Shown piece by piece: positions 9,858 to 20,302 of a stretch of 64,000 nucleotides of DNA. Location: positions 259,569-323,568 of the forward strand of contig JBBRTD010000001.1 of NCBI GenBank assembly GCA_038244685.1, read 5' to 3'. A program made the position numbers and the translations under genes. Position 1 is the stretch's first letter, and the number at the start of each line of letters is the position of its first letter. This stretch comes from Minisyncoccia bacterium. GTDB taxonomy: Bacteria; Patescibacteriota; Minisyncoccia; Phycocordibacterales; UBA9973. Below the pieces are notes generated by a model. That model ran no database searches, was not told the DNA's origin, and saw only the letters and a program-made list of their open reading frames with translations.

Positions 9858-12800
9858 GTGAAAAAAGTTTTATCTTATATATTAATATCTTTTGTAGTAT
9901 TCGTGAATCTCTTCGCGCCTATTGGGGTTGCATTTGATAAAAACAACATAGAAATTAATAAAAGTGTTGTTAGCGCTGCTGCTTATAATGTAAAACTTCA
10001 AGTTGAAGTCTTAACAAATAGCTCATACTTGGAAGTAAAAGCAAAAGTACTCGATAGTTCTAGTTTATTATCCTTTACTCCAGAGACAGGCTCGCTTTCT
10101 ACCTTCTTTGTTGAAGCTATTCTTACAAACAGTGATGGAACTTCTAATAATGATGCAAAGAAAGGGTTAATGTCCCAAGATAAAAATGGCATAGTCAGTT
10201 TTAATTTTGAAGGATTAAAGCCAGACACCTCATATAATGTTTTAGTAAATTTAATTGAATCAATAAACGGTTCAAATGGCTCAACCTTTGGGTCAGTTAG
10301 TTCATCAACCGATAATATCATCAAATTCGAGGAAGTTAAGGGAGTAAAAACTTTAGTAAAAGAACAAATCTCATCTGTTTCTCAGTCGGTTATTAGTTTA
10401 GATGCCGAAAAAAAACAGCCCGTTTCTTCTAAGAAATTACCAGCCTGTAGTATGAATCCTCTTTCTTTAAGTGAAGGAACTTTTGTTGGTTGTATTTCTC
10501 AGGCCTTCTATTACGTACTATTTGTACCAACTTCTTATTTATTTGCTCTAGCTGGTACATTTTTTGACTACACTTTTGCTTACTCTGTTCAAGACTCTTC
10601 TTATCGATCAGCCTTCGTTGTTCAGGGATGGGGACTTGTCCGCGATTTCTGTAATATTTTCTTTATTTTCGTAATGCTTTATATAGCTATCGGAACCATA
10701 CTAAGTCTTCATAATTTTAAAACAAAAGAAACAATTATTAATGTTGTTATCATTGGTCTTTTTATAAACTTTAGTCTTTTTGCTACACAGGTAATTATCG
10801 ATGCATCAAATATTACGGCCCGAGTATTTTATAATTCTGATTCAATAAAAATAACAGAAAAGGGGGCCAATGGTGTGACAGAAGCTACCACTAAGGTTGG
10901 AGATGGGGGAATAATACCACTATCAGCAGCTTTGGTTAATAAAGTTAATCCTCAAAATTTGATCACTCGTTCTGGCGAGATAAATAATATTCCAGACAAA
11001 GGAGGAGTTACTTCAGGATCAACAGGAGAAGATAATGCCAATATGGATGCTGGAACATTTATATTAATCATTGTCATGGCCTCCGCCATAAATATAATTG
11101 GCCTTAGTGTCTTTATGACTGTCGGATTACTCTTTGTTGCTCGTGTGATAGGTCTTTGGCTTGCTATGATTATGGCACCACTCGCATTCTTTACTTATAT
11201 ACTACCTCAACTTGAAGGCATTAAAATGATTGGTTGGAAAAATTGGTGGCCGGATACTCTTAAGCTTGCATTCTTAGCACCTGTATTTATTTTCTTCATG
11301 TATTTAATTCTGAAGTTTTTACAGATGGATTTAATTTCCGATCCAATGAATAAAACTATAGCCGCCGACGGATTAGGATTCTTTGTTGCCACAATTATAC
11401 CTTTCGCATTTATCATGATTTTAATGATGAAAGCAAAAAAAATAGCCGCTGACATGGCAGGTGAGATGGGAACCGCTGTCACAAAGATAGGGGCAATTGC
11501 TGGTGGTCTTGCTCTTGGTGCCGCATCAGGAGGTGCCGCTGTAGTAATGAGAGGTACCGTTGGAAGACTTGGTAGTTCTATTGCAAACTCAGAGAGACTA
11601 AAGAGTGCTGAATCAAAGGGTGTCTTTGGTGCTAAATTATTAAGAAACTTCGGAAAGACAGCCGGTAGTGGAAGTATGGATATTCGTGGAGTAAAAATTG
11701 CAGGTAAAGGTCTAGCTGATACAGGATTAAAGAATCTAGGTAAAGCAAAAGAGGGTGGATTCACAAAACTAAGAGCAGATAAAACAGCAGAAAGACAAAA
11801 GAGAGCAAAAGAATTAGAACTTGGAGAAGATTCAAAACTAAGTCTAGATCTAAAAGCAAAAGAAACACAACTCAAAGATCTTCAAAATGATAATGCTCAT
11901 GATCTTGAAAGAATTGAAGCAACTATAACAACAAAGAGACAAGCTTCTGAAGACGCAAACAGACTCTTATTAACAGATCCTAAAAATAATGTATTAATTG
12001 AATCTGCAAAAAGAGCAGCTAAAGAATTAGAAGATATAAAACAAGAAAAAACAGCAATAAGAACTGGTGGTCCAAAGAAAGATCATCACGGGAATATAAT
12101 TAAAAATCCAGATGGAAGTGTAGTTTACAATACAACAAATGGTAAAATTAGTATGACAGAAGTAACTGGATCCCAAAAAGCATCCACAGAGGCACAAAAG
12201 ATGTTGTCTGAACAACAAAAGAAAGTTAATGATGTTAAAACCTCGGCTGCTTCTAATCCAGATGTTGTCAGCGCTACAAACAAAAAGGCAAAAGCTGATT
12301 CTGATTTAATAAACGCTAACAATGCTCTTCTAACAGCTAAATCAAAACCAGGATTTATAATAGGTTCTGACGCAGCTCTTGTTTCTGCTGTTAATGATGC
12401 AAAAGCTGCTGCTGCTGAAGCAGAAAAGGAACTCATAAAATCAACAGATGAAGTTAAAAACCAAATAATCGCAGCTGAAGCAGAATTAAAAACAATTGAA
12501 AAGATTGCAACAGATGCTTCAGTTAAAGCCGCAGCAGACATTGCTGCATCAGCAAATGGAACAGGTAAATCAATGAATGAATTACAATTTAATGAAATTC
12601 CAGATGCTCATAACGAAGTGGCTCATGAAAATAATGCTCGTAAAAGAAATTATGCTACATACTTATCAAGTAACTCAAATAAAGTTATAAACTTCATTCA
12701 AAGTGGGGGACAGCATAGCTCCCTTGGTGCTGATGAAGCTGCATATAGAATAAGAATGAATGCAAAAATAGAGAGTAGCGGAGGAGGACATGCAGCACCA

Positions 12801-12890
12801 GCAGCAGCAGCTCATGCAGCACCTAAACCAGCACCAGCAGCCGCTCATGCAGCACCAGCAGCCGCAGCCGGAGGGGGAGGACATCATTAA
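9858..12890 (+). CDS. VirB6/TrbL-like polytopic membrane protein with long coiled-coil C-terminus
   Basis: GWGLVRDFCNIFFIF, LFINFSLFATQVIID, RVIGLWLAMIMAPLAF..LP and WW...L segments typical of VirB6-like proteins. Lies upstream of PrgI and VirB4. Confidence 0.75.
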   Translation: MKKVLSYILISFVVFVNLFAPIGVAFDKNNIEINKSVVSAAAYNVKLQVEVLTNSSYLEVKAKVLDSSSLLSFTPETGSLSTFFVEAILTNSDGTSNNDAKKGLMSQDKNGIVSFNFEGLKPDTSYNVLVNLIESINGSNGSTFGSVSSSTDNIIKFEEVKGVKTLVKEQISSVSQSVISLDAEKKQPVSSKKLPACSMNPLSLSEGTFVGCISQAFYYVLFVPTSYLFALAGTFFDYTFAYSVQDSSYRSAFVVQGWGLVRDFCNIFFIFVMLYIAIGTILSLHNFKTKETIINVVIIGLFINFSLFATQVIIDASNITARVFYNSDSIKITEKGANGVTEATTKVGDGGIIPLSAALVNKVNPQNLITRSGEINNIPDKGGVTSGSTGEDNANMDAGTFILIIVMASAINIIGLSVFMTVGLLFVARVIGLWLAMIMAPLAFFTYILPQLEGIKMIGWKNWWPDTLKLAFLAPVFIFFMYLILKFLQMDLISDPMNKTIAADGLGFFVATIIPFAFIMILMMKAKKIAADMAGEMGTAVTKIGAIAGGLALGAASGGAAVVMRGTVGRLGSSIANSERLKSAESKGVFGAKLLRNFGKTAGSGSMDIRGVKIAGKGLADTGLKNLGKAKEGGFTKLRADKTAERQKRAKELELGEDSKLSLDLKAKETQLKDLQNDNAHDLERIEATITTKRQASEDANRLLLTDPKNNVLIESAKRAAKELEDIKQEKTAIRTGGPKKDHHGNIIKNPDGSVVYNTTNGKISMTEVTGSQKASTEAQKMLSEQQKKVNDVKTSAASNPDVVSATNKKAKADSDLINANNALLTAKSKPGFIIGSDAALVSAVNDAKAAAAEAEKELIKSTDEVKNQIIAAEAELKTIEKIATDASVKAAADIAASANGTGKSMNELQFNEIPDAHNEVAHENNARKRNYATYLSSNSNKVINFIQSGGQHSSLGADEAAYRIRMNAKIESSGGGHAAPAAAAHAAPKPAPAAAHAAPAAAAGGGGHH

Positions 12891-12898
12891 AAAAACAT

Positions 12899-13306
12899 AT
12901 GACTGAAAATTTAAAACAACAACTTAATGAAGAAATAGCAAAACTGCCCAGAGAAAAGCAGGAGGCTCTTCTTGCTTTTGATTGGATTAAAGGCATAGAA
13001 GAAGTTGGAAAAAGCTTTTCACTTACTGATGATGAAATAAACGATCTTCAGCTGGAGACTGGTTTAATCTTGGTTGGACTTGTTGATTTAAATTTGTATG
13101 CAATGAATATTGAAAACAATATTGGTATGAGCAAGAGCGATTCAGAAAAGATAGCTAAGGCTATTTTTGAAAAAGTGTTTACGCCTATAGCCAATAAAAT
13201 GGAGATATCAATAAAAAGCAAATTAGGATCAAGAAACCCAAGTTGGGATGAGAGAATTAACTTTATCGTTTCAGGAGGAGATTATTCTAGTTTTATAGAA
13301 AAATAA
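12899..13306 (+). CDS. Hypothetical cytoplasmic helical protein
   Basis: Intact ORF in the operon. Shares an ~85-aa domain with the next gene. Confidence 0.75.
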   Translation: MTENLKQQLNEEIAKLPREKQEALLAFDWIKGIEEVGKSFSLTDDEINDLQLETGLILVGLVDLNLYAMNIENNIGMSKSDSEKIAKAIFEKVFTPIANKMEISIKSKLGSRNPSWDERINFIVSGGDYSSFIEK

Positions 13307-13307
13307 A

Positions 13308-14558
13308 ATGGACAATACAACAGACTTATTACAATTTAAGATATCAAAAGCCAAAGACGAACTACCAGAAATAAGTAGGGTTGTTGTTGATTCTGTAAAT
13401 TGGAAAGAAATTATTCTAGGAATGAATAATAAATATAACTCTGAACAATTAGAATATTTAGACATTGAAACAGAATTACTTTTATGTGGACTTATCAACA
13501 CAGAAAGTTATCCCAAAGAGTTAGAAACTCGAATGAAAATATCTAAAAATGAAGTTAATCTATTGTTAAATGAATTAGATAGACTCATCTTCAAGAAAAT
13601 GCAGGAAGAAGTTGAAGACAAAATAAATAAAGAAGAAAAGATTTTATACAGCAAGAAGCCACTTATTCTTGATCCTCATTTTGTGAATATGCCCAAAGAT
13701 ATCCAAGAGGCGATTGCTGATTCAGACTGGAAAGAGAAGATATACAATCTAGCTGATAAATATAAAATTAATATTGAACAGACAGGAATACTTGAAGATA
13801 TTACTACAAAAATCATGGCCGGTTTAATTACTCCCAGCCAATATGAAGACGAAGTAAGGTCTAAAATAATTCTTCCAGAGGGTAAAACAAGAGATCTTAT
13901 TTTTGAAGTTAATGAGAGTGTCTTAGTAAAAATTAAAGAGATTCTTAAAAGCAAAAAGGAAGAGGTAAAGGAAGCCTTAGTTCCACTTCCTCCATATGTA
14001 GCAAAAAAAGAAGATGCAGTACCACTTCCACCACCTGCTTATAAAAAAGAAATTGTAATAGAAAAAGTAGAGGCTTCAAAAGAAATAATTGTTAATAAAG
14101 AAGTTAATAATTTAATAAGTATCAACACAGAAAGAGAATCACTAGAATCGGAAATTAGTAATTTAACTAAATCAATTAAGCCAAGCGTAGGGAATGATAT
14201 ATATAAAGAGCATGGGATAGAAATTCTTTCAGAGGATGAAGTTCCTAGCCCTAAAGCTCCAATAATTAAAGAAATAGAAAAAGTTGAATACAGAGAGGAG
14301 ATACCAACAATAGAGAAAGTAGAAACTATTACCCCCGTAACAAATAATGTTAAAAGTGATCCGGTTGAGATACCAGAAGTTAAGGTTAACAATTTTGATC
14401 AATCAAATATCATAGCCAATAAATTATTCAACAAAACAGCAAGTCAAAATATCGTCACTGATTATTCTATACCCAAGATGAATACCCAAGCTCAGCCGTT
14501 TATACCACAAGGTGGTGCTCCAACAAAACCTCATGATCCTTATCACGAAGCTATCTAA
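13308..14558 (+). CDS. Hypothetical protein with two helical domains, a low-complexity linker and a C-terminal DPYHE motif
   Basis: Internal duplication visible in the translation. Starts 1 nt after the previous stop. Confidence 0.8.
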   Translation: MDNTTDLLQFKISKAKDELPEISRVVVDSVNWKEIILGMNNKYNSEQLEYLDIETELLLCGLINTESYPKELETRMKISKNEVNLLLNELDRLIFKKMQEEVEDKINKEEKILYSKKPLILDPHFVNMPKDIQEAIADSDWKEKIYNLADKYKINIEQTGILEDITTKIMAGLITPSQYEDEVRSKIILPEGKTRDLIFEVNESVLVKIKEILKSKKEEVKEALVPLPPYVAKKEDAVPLPPPAYKKEIVIEKVEASKEIIVNKEVNNLISINTERESLESEISNLTKSIKPSVGNDIYKEHGIEILSEDEVPSPKAPIIKEIEKVEYREEIPTIEKVETITPVTNNVKSDPVEIPEVKVNNFDQSNIIANKLFNKTASQNIVTDYSIPKMNTQAQPFIPQGGAPTKPHDPYHEAI

Positions 14559-14577
14559 TAATAATTAAAAAATAAAA

Positions 14578-14988
14578 ATGCAATTTAAAGTCCCACAATT
14601 TATAGACATAGAAGATAAGATTTTCGGACCTTTCACTTTTCACCAATTTGCTTACTTGATTGGTGGGGGAGGAATAGTCTTTGTTATATATAAAATACTT
14701 GGCTTTTGGTTAGGACTTATATTTATACTACCAATGGCAGGTCTTACTATTAGTCTTGTTTTTGTAAAAATAAACGGTAAACCTTTTGTTTATTATTTAG
14801 AAGCTGGTTTTAATTATTTTATAAATAGTAAGCTTTATATCTGGAAACAAAGATTAGTAAAAAAAGGTGACGCACAAGAAGAAGATATTCAAATTACATC
14901 AACCGTGTCAAAAGTGCCAATGGTTTCGGACAGTAAACTTAAGGATTTATCGTGGAGTCTTGATGTTCAAGACAGAAATAATCAATAA
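14578..14988 (+). CDS. PrgI family (VirB3-like) membrane protein
   Basis: MQFKVPQFIDIEDKIFGPFTFHQF, two TM segments, then KINGKPF. Confidence 0.88.
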   Translation: MQFKVPQFIDIEDKIFGPFTFHQFAYLIGGGGIVFVIYKILGFWLGLIFILPMAGLTISLVFVKINGKPFVYYLEAGFNYFINSKLYIWKQRLVKKGDAQEEDIQITSTVSKVPMVSDSKLKDLSWSLDVQDRNNQ

Positions 14989-15053
14989 TATTGATTATAG
15001 ATTTTTAAAAAATTATTAATTTAGTTTAGTGTGATATAATATTAATATAAATT

Positions 15054-15707
15054 ATGGCAATTGACGCAAGAGCAGCACAAGAGTTTGTACCAATAAAAGA
15101 GGTTCGTAATGGAATCGTCGTACTTAAAGACGGGGGACTTAGAGCAATCTTAATTGCTTCTTCCATTAATCTTTCCCTTAAATCTTCTGACGAACAAATT
15201 GCTATTATAAATCAATTTCAATCATTCCTAAATGGTTTAGATTTTCCGACGCAGATAGTAATACAATCAAGACGCTTAGATATCAGACCTTATTTATTAA
15301 TGTTAGAAAACCGCCTAAAAGAACAAACTGAGCCATTACTAAAGATACAGACTAAAGAGTACATCGAATTTATAAGATCTTTTACTGATGAAGTAAATAT
15401 CATGACGAAAACTTTCTTTGTTGTTGTTCCTTATAGTGCCAGTATTATAAAATCAAAAAATGGAATGATAGATAGTCTTTTAGGTGGAGGCGCTCCTAAA
15501 AAACAAGTTGAGGATACCAAAAAAGCCATGGATTTAGCTTCTTTTGAAGAAAAACGTAGCCAACTTGAGCAGAGAACAAACGTTATTATAAGCGGACTAA
15601 GTGGAATAGGAATAAGAAGTAGTCAGCTTAAAACTGATGAAGTTGTAGAACTTTTTTATAAGACATTCAATCCTGGAGATATTAGTCAGGGTATTAAATT
15701 ACAATAA
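15054..15707 (+). CDS. VirB4-associated protein (TraC-like, resembles a VirB4 N-terminal region)
   Basis: SINLSLKSSDEQ..FQSFLNGLDFPTQIVIQSRRLD. Sits between PrgI and VirB4. Confidence 0.7.
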   Translation: MAIDARAAQEFVPIKEVRNGIVVLKDGGLRAILIASSINLSLKSSDEQIAIINQFQSFLNGLDFPTQIVIQSRRLDIRPYLLMLENRLKEQTEPLLKIQTKEYIEFIRSFTDEVNIMTKTFFVVVPYSASIIKSKNGMIDSLLGGGAPKKQVEDTKKAMDLASFEEKRSQLEQRTNVIISGLSGIGIRSSQLKTDEVVELFYKTFNPGDISQGIKLQ

Positions 15708-15712
15708 TTTTT

Positions 15713-17551
15713 ATGGGAATATTTTCATCATTATTTAAAAAAAGCGGGGGAAACGTTGCAGACCAAAGAAGTGCTGTCATGCCTGTTTTACCTACCGAAA
15801 TATACAAAGCCGCAACTCTTGAACTTCAAGACGTTATCGCTCCATCAGCTCTTCAGATAACACCTAGAGCCATAAACTTAGGGGATAAGATAGCTAGAAC
15901 TTTCTTCGTTATATCATACCCTAGATATCTTACAGATAATTGGTTTTCTCCAATTGTGAATTTAGATAAAGTTTTCGACGTTTCTATTTTTATTCACCCC
16001 ATTGAAACAGCCGATGTTTTAAGATCTTTCCAGAAAAAAGTAGCTGAGGTTCAGAGTCAGATATCTATTCGTGAATCAAAAGGTCTTGTTCGTGACCCAA
16101 TGTTAGACACTGCCTACCAAGACCTAGAAGGTCTTCGTGATAACTTAATGCAAGCCCAAGAAAAAATGTTTGACGTTGGATTATATATTACGGTATATGC
16201 TGATAATGAAAATGATTTATTTAAAATAGAAAGTGAAGTTAAATCATTACTTGATTCTAAGCTTGTTTACCTAAAGCCAGCCTTATTCCAACAAAATGAA
16301 GGGTTTAAAAGTGTTATTCCACTTGGCATGGACATACTTGGTATTCACCAAAAGTTAAATACTGAACCACTTTCAAGTATTTTTCCATTCGTTTCTTTTG
16401 ACTTAACATCAGATAAGGGTATTTTATATGGAGTAAATAGACACAATTCAAGTCTTATTATTTTCGATAGATTCTCTCTTCCAAACTATAATTCTATAAC
16501 CTTCGCAACGGCAGGAGCTGGAAAATCATATGCCACAAAACTTGAAATCATAAGAACGTTAATGTTCGATACAGAAGTAATAGTTATTGACCCTGAACGT
16601 GAGTATGAATATTTAGCTGAAGCTATTGGTGGTAGATATTTTAATATATCTCTTTCTTCTGATCACCATATAAATCCTTTTGATTTACCAATTCCAAGCA
16701 AAGATGAAACAGCTGCTGATGTTTTGCGTTCAAATACAATAAACCTGGTTGGATTATTTAGAATAATGCTAGGAGGTCTTACTCCAGAAGAGGATTCAAT
16801 AATAGACAGAGCAATTACTGAGACTTATGCTTTGAAAGATATTACAGCTGACTCAAATTTTGCCAATATTGAACCACCACTTCTAACAGACTTTGAAGTT
16901 GTATTGGCTGGTATGGAAGGAAGTAATTCTTTAATACAACGTTTAACTAAATATACACATGGATCTTGGTCTTCTTTTATAAACAGACCCTCCAATGTCG
17001 ACATTAACCGTAAATTCGTAGTTTTCTCTGTCCGAGATATGGAAGACGAACTAAAACCAGTAGCCATGTATATAGTTACTCACTTTATATGGAATGCGGT
17101 TCGTAAAAATCTAAAAAAGAGACTTCTGGTTGTTGATGAGGCTTGGTGGATGATGAAATCAGAAGATACTGCCTCTTTCTTGTATTCTATTGCTAAAAGA
17201 GGACGTAAATACTATTTAGGGCTTGCTACCATTACTCAGGACGTAGGAGACTTTATGAAAAGCCCATATGGTATTCCAATAGTAACAAACTCATCTATTC
17301 AGCTTTTGCTTAAACAATCTCCCGCAACCATAGATGTCCTCCAAAAAACCTTTAATTTAACTGATGAGGAAAAATATCTACTCCTTGAGGCAAATGTTGG
17401 AGAGGGAATATTCTTTGCAGGACTAAAGCACGTGGCAGTTAAGACAATTGCTTCATATACAGAAGATCAAATCATTACATCTGATCCATCACAAATCCTT
17501 GCAATCAAGAAGGCCAAGGATGAATTAGATACTTCCATTAATCCACAATAG
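15713..17551 (+). CDS. virB4: VirB4-like T4SS ATPase
   Basis: Walker A ATAGAGKS, IDPEREY, INPFD, Walker B VVDEAW, KRGRKY and TITQD. Confidence 0.9.
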   Translation: MGIFSSLFKKSGGNVADQRSAVMPVLPTEIYKAATLELQDVIAPSALQITPRAINLGDKIARTFFVISYPRYLTDNWFSPIVNLDKVFDVSIFIHPIETADVLRSFQKKVAEVQSQISIRESKGLVRDPMLDTAYQDLEGLRDNLMQAQEKMFDVGLYITVYADNENDLFKIESEVKSLLDSKLVYLKPALFQQNEGFKSVIPLGMDILGIHQKLNTEPLSSIFPFVSFDLTSDKGILYGVNRHNSSLIIFDRFSLPNYNSITFATAGAGKSYATKLEIIRTLMFDTEVIVIDPEREYEYLAEAIGGRYFNISLSSDHHINPFDLPIPSKDETAADVLRSNTINLVGLFRIMLGGLTPEEDSIIDRAITETYALKDITADSNFANIEPPLLTDFEVVLAGMEGSNSLIQRLTKYTHGSWSSFINRPSNVDINRKFVVFSVRDMEDELKPVAMYIVTHFIWNAVRKNLKKRLLVVDEAWWMMKSEDTASFLYSIAKRGRKYYLGLATITQDVGDFMKSPYGIPIVTNSSIQLLLKQSPATIDVLQKTFNLTDEEKYLLLEANVGEGIFFAGLKHVAVKTIASYTEDQIITSDPSQILAIKKAKDELDTSINPQ

Positions 17552-17560
17552 TTTCCATTA

Positions 17561-17590
17561 CAACTGATTAATTTAAAAAATTAATCAGTT
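17561..17590 (+). terminator. Hairpin after virB4
   Basis: caactgattaattt-aa-aaattaatcagttg followed by a short T run. Confidence 0.6.
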
Positions 17591-17623
17591 GTTTCGTTGT
17601 CTAATCTATCGTATAATATAGAA

Positions 17624-18622
17624 GTGAAATATTCTCTTAAAAAAATCTTGTCCGTTACTATATTCGTTTTATTAAGTATTTTTTTTGTATCGAAATATTC
17701 TAGTGCAGCAATTGAAATTCCTATTCAGGATAGTGATATTAGCGTAGAAACAATACCAGAAAACCCAGAGCCCTACCAAGATGTAACAATAAAGATTAGT
17801 AGTTATGCAACCGATTTAAATAAAGCTAAGATTGATTGGCAAAATAATTCGAAACTTATTTTATCCGGAATTGGCAAAACAAGCTATTCCTTTAAAGCAC
17901 TTGGCCCAAATAGTGCCTTAATTTTTAATATTGCAATAACACCAGAAGGTTCTATAAATAAAATAAACAAACAAGTCGCAATAAAACCATCAGAAATTGA
18001 TCTTTTATGGGAAGCGGTAGATGGATATACTCCACTTTTTTATAAAGGTAAGTCTTTTGTATCAGCCGAAGGTATAGTCAAAGTTGTAGGTATTCCAAAT
18101 ACAAATACCATTAAATCAGGGAAGGGTAGTATGTCTTACTCTTGGAAATCTAAAGATAGTAATGTTGCAGGAGCTTCTGGTTACAACAAAGACTCTTATG
18201 TTTTTAAAAATAATGAACTAAATAGCCAAGAAGAAATTACAGTTACGGCTTCTTCGGTTGATGGACAATATGATGCTACTAAAAAAATAATAATTCCCAT
18301 AATTTCACCTAAAATTATTTTTTATAAAAAATCTCCCGCTGATGGTATTTTATACAACAAGGCTTTGATAGATGACACCTTTGTTGAAGAGAATGAAATT
18401 ACAGTAGTAGCAGAACCATACTTTTTGGCATTAAAAAACAAAGAAAATGCTTTTACTTATAATTGGAAAATAAACGGTGAGGGTATTACTACTCCTACAA
18501 AGAAAACAGAATTAACAATCCGACCATCTGCCCGCGGGGGATATGCCACAATAAGTATTGTCATGGAAGATTTAAAATCATTCTTCCAGAAAGTCACCGG
18601 TCAATTAAAATTAACTCTATAA
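17624..18622 (+). CDS. Secreted beta-sandwich hypothetical protein
   Basis: Signal peptide and LLWEAVDGYTPLFYKGK. The GTG at 17624 lies just after TATAAT. Confidence 0.75.
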   Translation: MKYSLKKILSVTIFVLLSIFFVSKYSSAAIEIPIQDSDISVETIPENPEPYQDVTIKISSYATDLNKAKIDWQNNSKLILSGIGKTSYSFKALGPNSALIFNIAITPEGSINKINKQVAIKPSEIDLLWEAVDGYTPLFYKGKSFVSAEGIVKVVGIPNTNTIKSGKGSMSYSWKSKDSNVAGASGYNKDSYVFKNNELNSQEEITVTASSVDGQYDATKKIIIPIISPKIIFYKKSPADGILYNKALIDDTFVEENEITVVAEPYFLALKNKENAFTYNWKINGEGITTPTKKTELTIRPSARGGYATISIVMEDLKSFFQKVTGQLKLTL

Positions 18623-18626
18623 AAAA

Positions 18627-20297
18627 ATGTCTAGAAAATCATTCATTAAAATAAGTTTAACCTTTGTAATAATTTTTAGTATTTTTTCTCTATTTCTAAA
18701 AACAACAAATGCGGCGGCTAAATATTTTTATTGGTTTATGGACGGTAACAATAAAATAGAATTAGGTGACGACAAAAAAGGGACTGGTTTTGATACTAAG
18801 GCTGCATGTGAAATACTTTTAAAAACCGTTGGGGCTGGTTTAACGAAAAGTCCGTCTTGTTATACAGGAGAGTTGGCAAAAGTAACGAGTATATCTCCAG
18901 CTATTGGAAAACCAGGTGATCTTGTCACGATAAGCGGAGATGGATTTAATTTTATTAAAAGCATCTCTTTTAATGGCGTAATTGCAGAGAAAGATGGAAT
19001 TATCTCAAGCACCCAAACAAAAATAATGGTTATAGTGCCATCGGGAGCGACTACTGGTGCTGTTACAATAACTACAACATATCGTGGAATAGCCAAAACT
19101 CCGGTTTTTACAATTAATACCGCTGGTTTATCCTGGTGGTTTACAAATGAAACAAAACAAGTTGTCGGAACTAAGGGAGTTCATGGTTTTCCGGGTTTTA
19201 CAACAAAAGAACTGTGCGAAACGGCTAAAATTCCATATAAAAGTAATATAACGAGTTCAGTTAGTGAATGTTTCCAAAAAACCGATGATGATATAAATAA
19301 ATTAATTGTTGCAGAACAAGAAGCTTCAAAAATATTTACAGATGAAGTTATAAATAAAGACGAGGCTGTTTCAGTAAAACCTCAAATAAATGCAGCCGAA
19401 AATAAAACAATTTATAAAATGCTTGCGCCAATTGGAAAAATAACTTGTATGGATTCAAGTGGAAAAGATAAAAATTGTATTGGAAATAATATAGGGGACT
19501 ACTTAAATGTAATTTTTAAAATTGCGATTGGCCTCTGCGCTGCTTTAGCAGTTATCATGCTTATAATTAGCGGTATTACATATATGGGAAATGAATCAGT
19601 CTTTGGAAAAACGGAAGCTAAGAGTAAAATGTTTTCTGCTATTCTTGGTTTAATTATTGCCCTAGGCTCATATGCATTACTTAATACCATTAATCCAGAC
19701 CTAACAGGAGTAAAAGGGCTTAATGTTAGTGCGGCTGAAATTCAAATATCTTCAGATGAAACTTCGACTGGTTCATCTACATCACTATGTTTATCAAGTA
19801 ATCCACCAAATCCTGATAGTGCAACAGGCACGAATATAACACTTAGTAATGAAATGATCAATGAGTATATTCCAGCAAGAAATCAGATCGTTGGATTATC
19901 AACAGGGACAAAATTATTAATAACTGCACAAACAGCAGTTGAGGGTTTTAAAAAGGGAACTAAGTCATACAGGACAAATAATCCTGGTAATATTGGAAAT
20001 ACTGATAATGGTGCGACGGTACCATATGCTTCGCTTGTGGACGGAATAAAAAAGCAACAAAGTATTATAACAAATGTGGCAACTAATAATGCAAAAAGTT
20101 ATAAAATTGGAGGAAAATCAATATGCGCCCTAGGAAGTGAAGTTTATAATGGATCTTTATATCAGTATTTAAGAATATATGCCACAGGCGCAAGAGTTGA
20201 TAATAATTATTTAAATGCTATTATTGGATATTTTAAATCTAATGGAAAAACAATAACAGCAAGAACAACAATTGCAGAGATATATGCTATAAATTAA
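18627..20297 (+). CDS. VirB2/TrbC-like pilin fusion: IPT/TIG domain, pilin TM hairpin and C-terminal putative muralytic domain
   Basis: ISPAIGKPGDLVTISGDGF (IPT-like). AVIMLIISGITYM...AKSKMFSAILGLIIALGSYALLNTINPDL (CPR pilin). RTNNPGNIG motif. Confidence 0.75.
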   Translation: MSRKSFIKISLTFVIIFSIFSLFLKTTNAAAKYFYWFMDGNNKIELGDDKKGTGFDTKAACEILLKTVGAGLTKSPSCYTGELAKVTSISPAIGKPGDLVTISGDGFNFIKSISFNGVIAEKDGIISSTQTKIMVIVPSGATTGAVTITTTYRGIAKTPVFTINTAGLSWWFTNETKQVVGTKGVHGFPGFTTKELCETAKIPYKSNITSSVSECFQKTDDDINKLIVAEQEASKIFTDEVINKDEAVSVKPQINAAENKTIYKMLAPIGKITCMDSSGKDKNCIGNNIGDYLNVIFKIAIGLCAALAVIMLIISGITYMGNESVFGKTEAKSKMFSAILGLIIALGSYALLNTINPDLTGVKGLNVSAAEIQISSDETSTGSSTSLCLSSNPPNPDSATGTNITLSNEMINEYIPARNQIVGLSTGTKLLITAQTAVEGFKKGTKSYRTNNPGNIGNTDNGATVPYASLVDGIKKQQSIITNVATNNAKSYKIGGKSICALGSEVYNGSLYQYLRIYATGARVDNNYLNAIIGYFKSNGKTITARTTIAEIYAIN

Positions 20298-20302
20298 TTA
20301 AT

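Noticed and set aside
11207-12887. Long antisense ORFs within the VirB6-like gene (also those within polA, PBP1A and dnaN)
   Set aside because: These are shadow ORFs produced by codon bias of the sense genes and carry no motifs.
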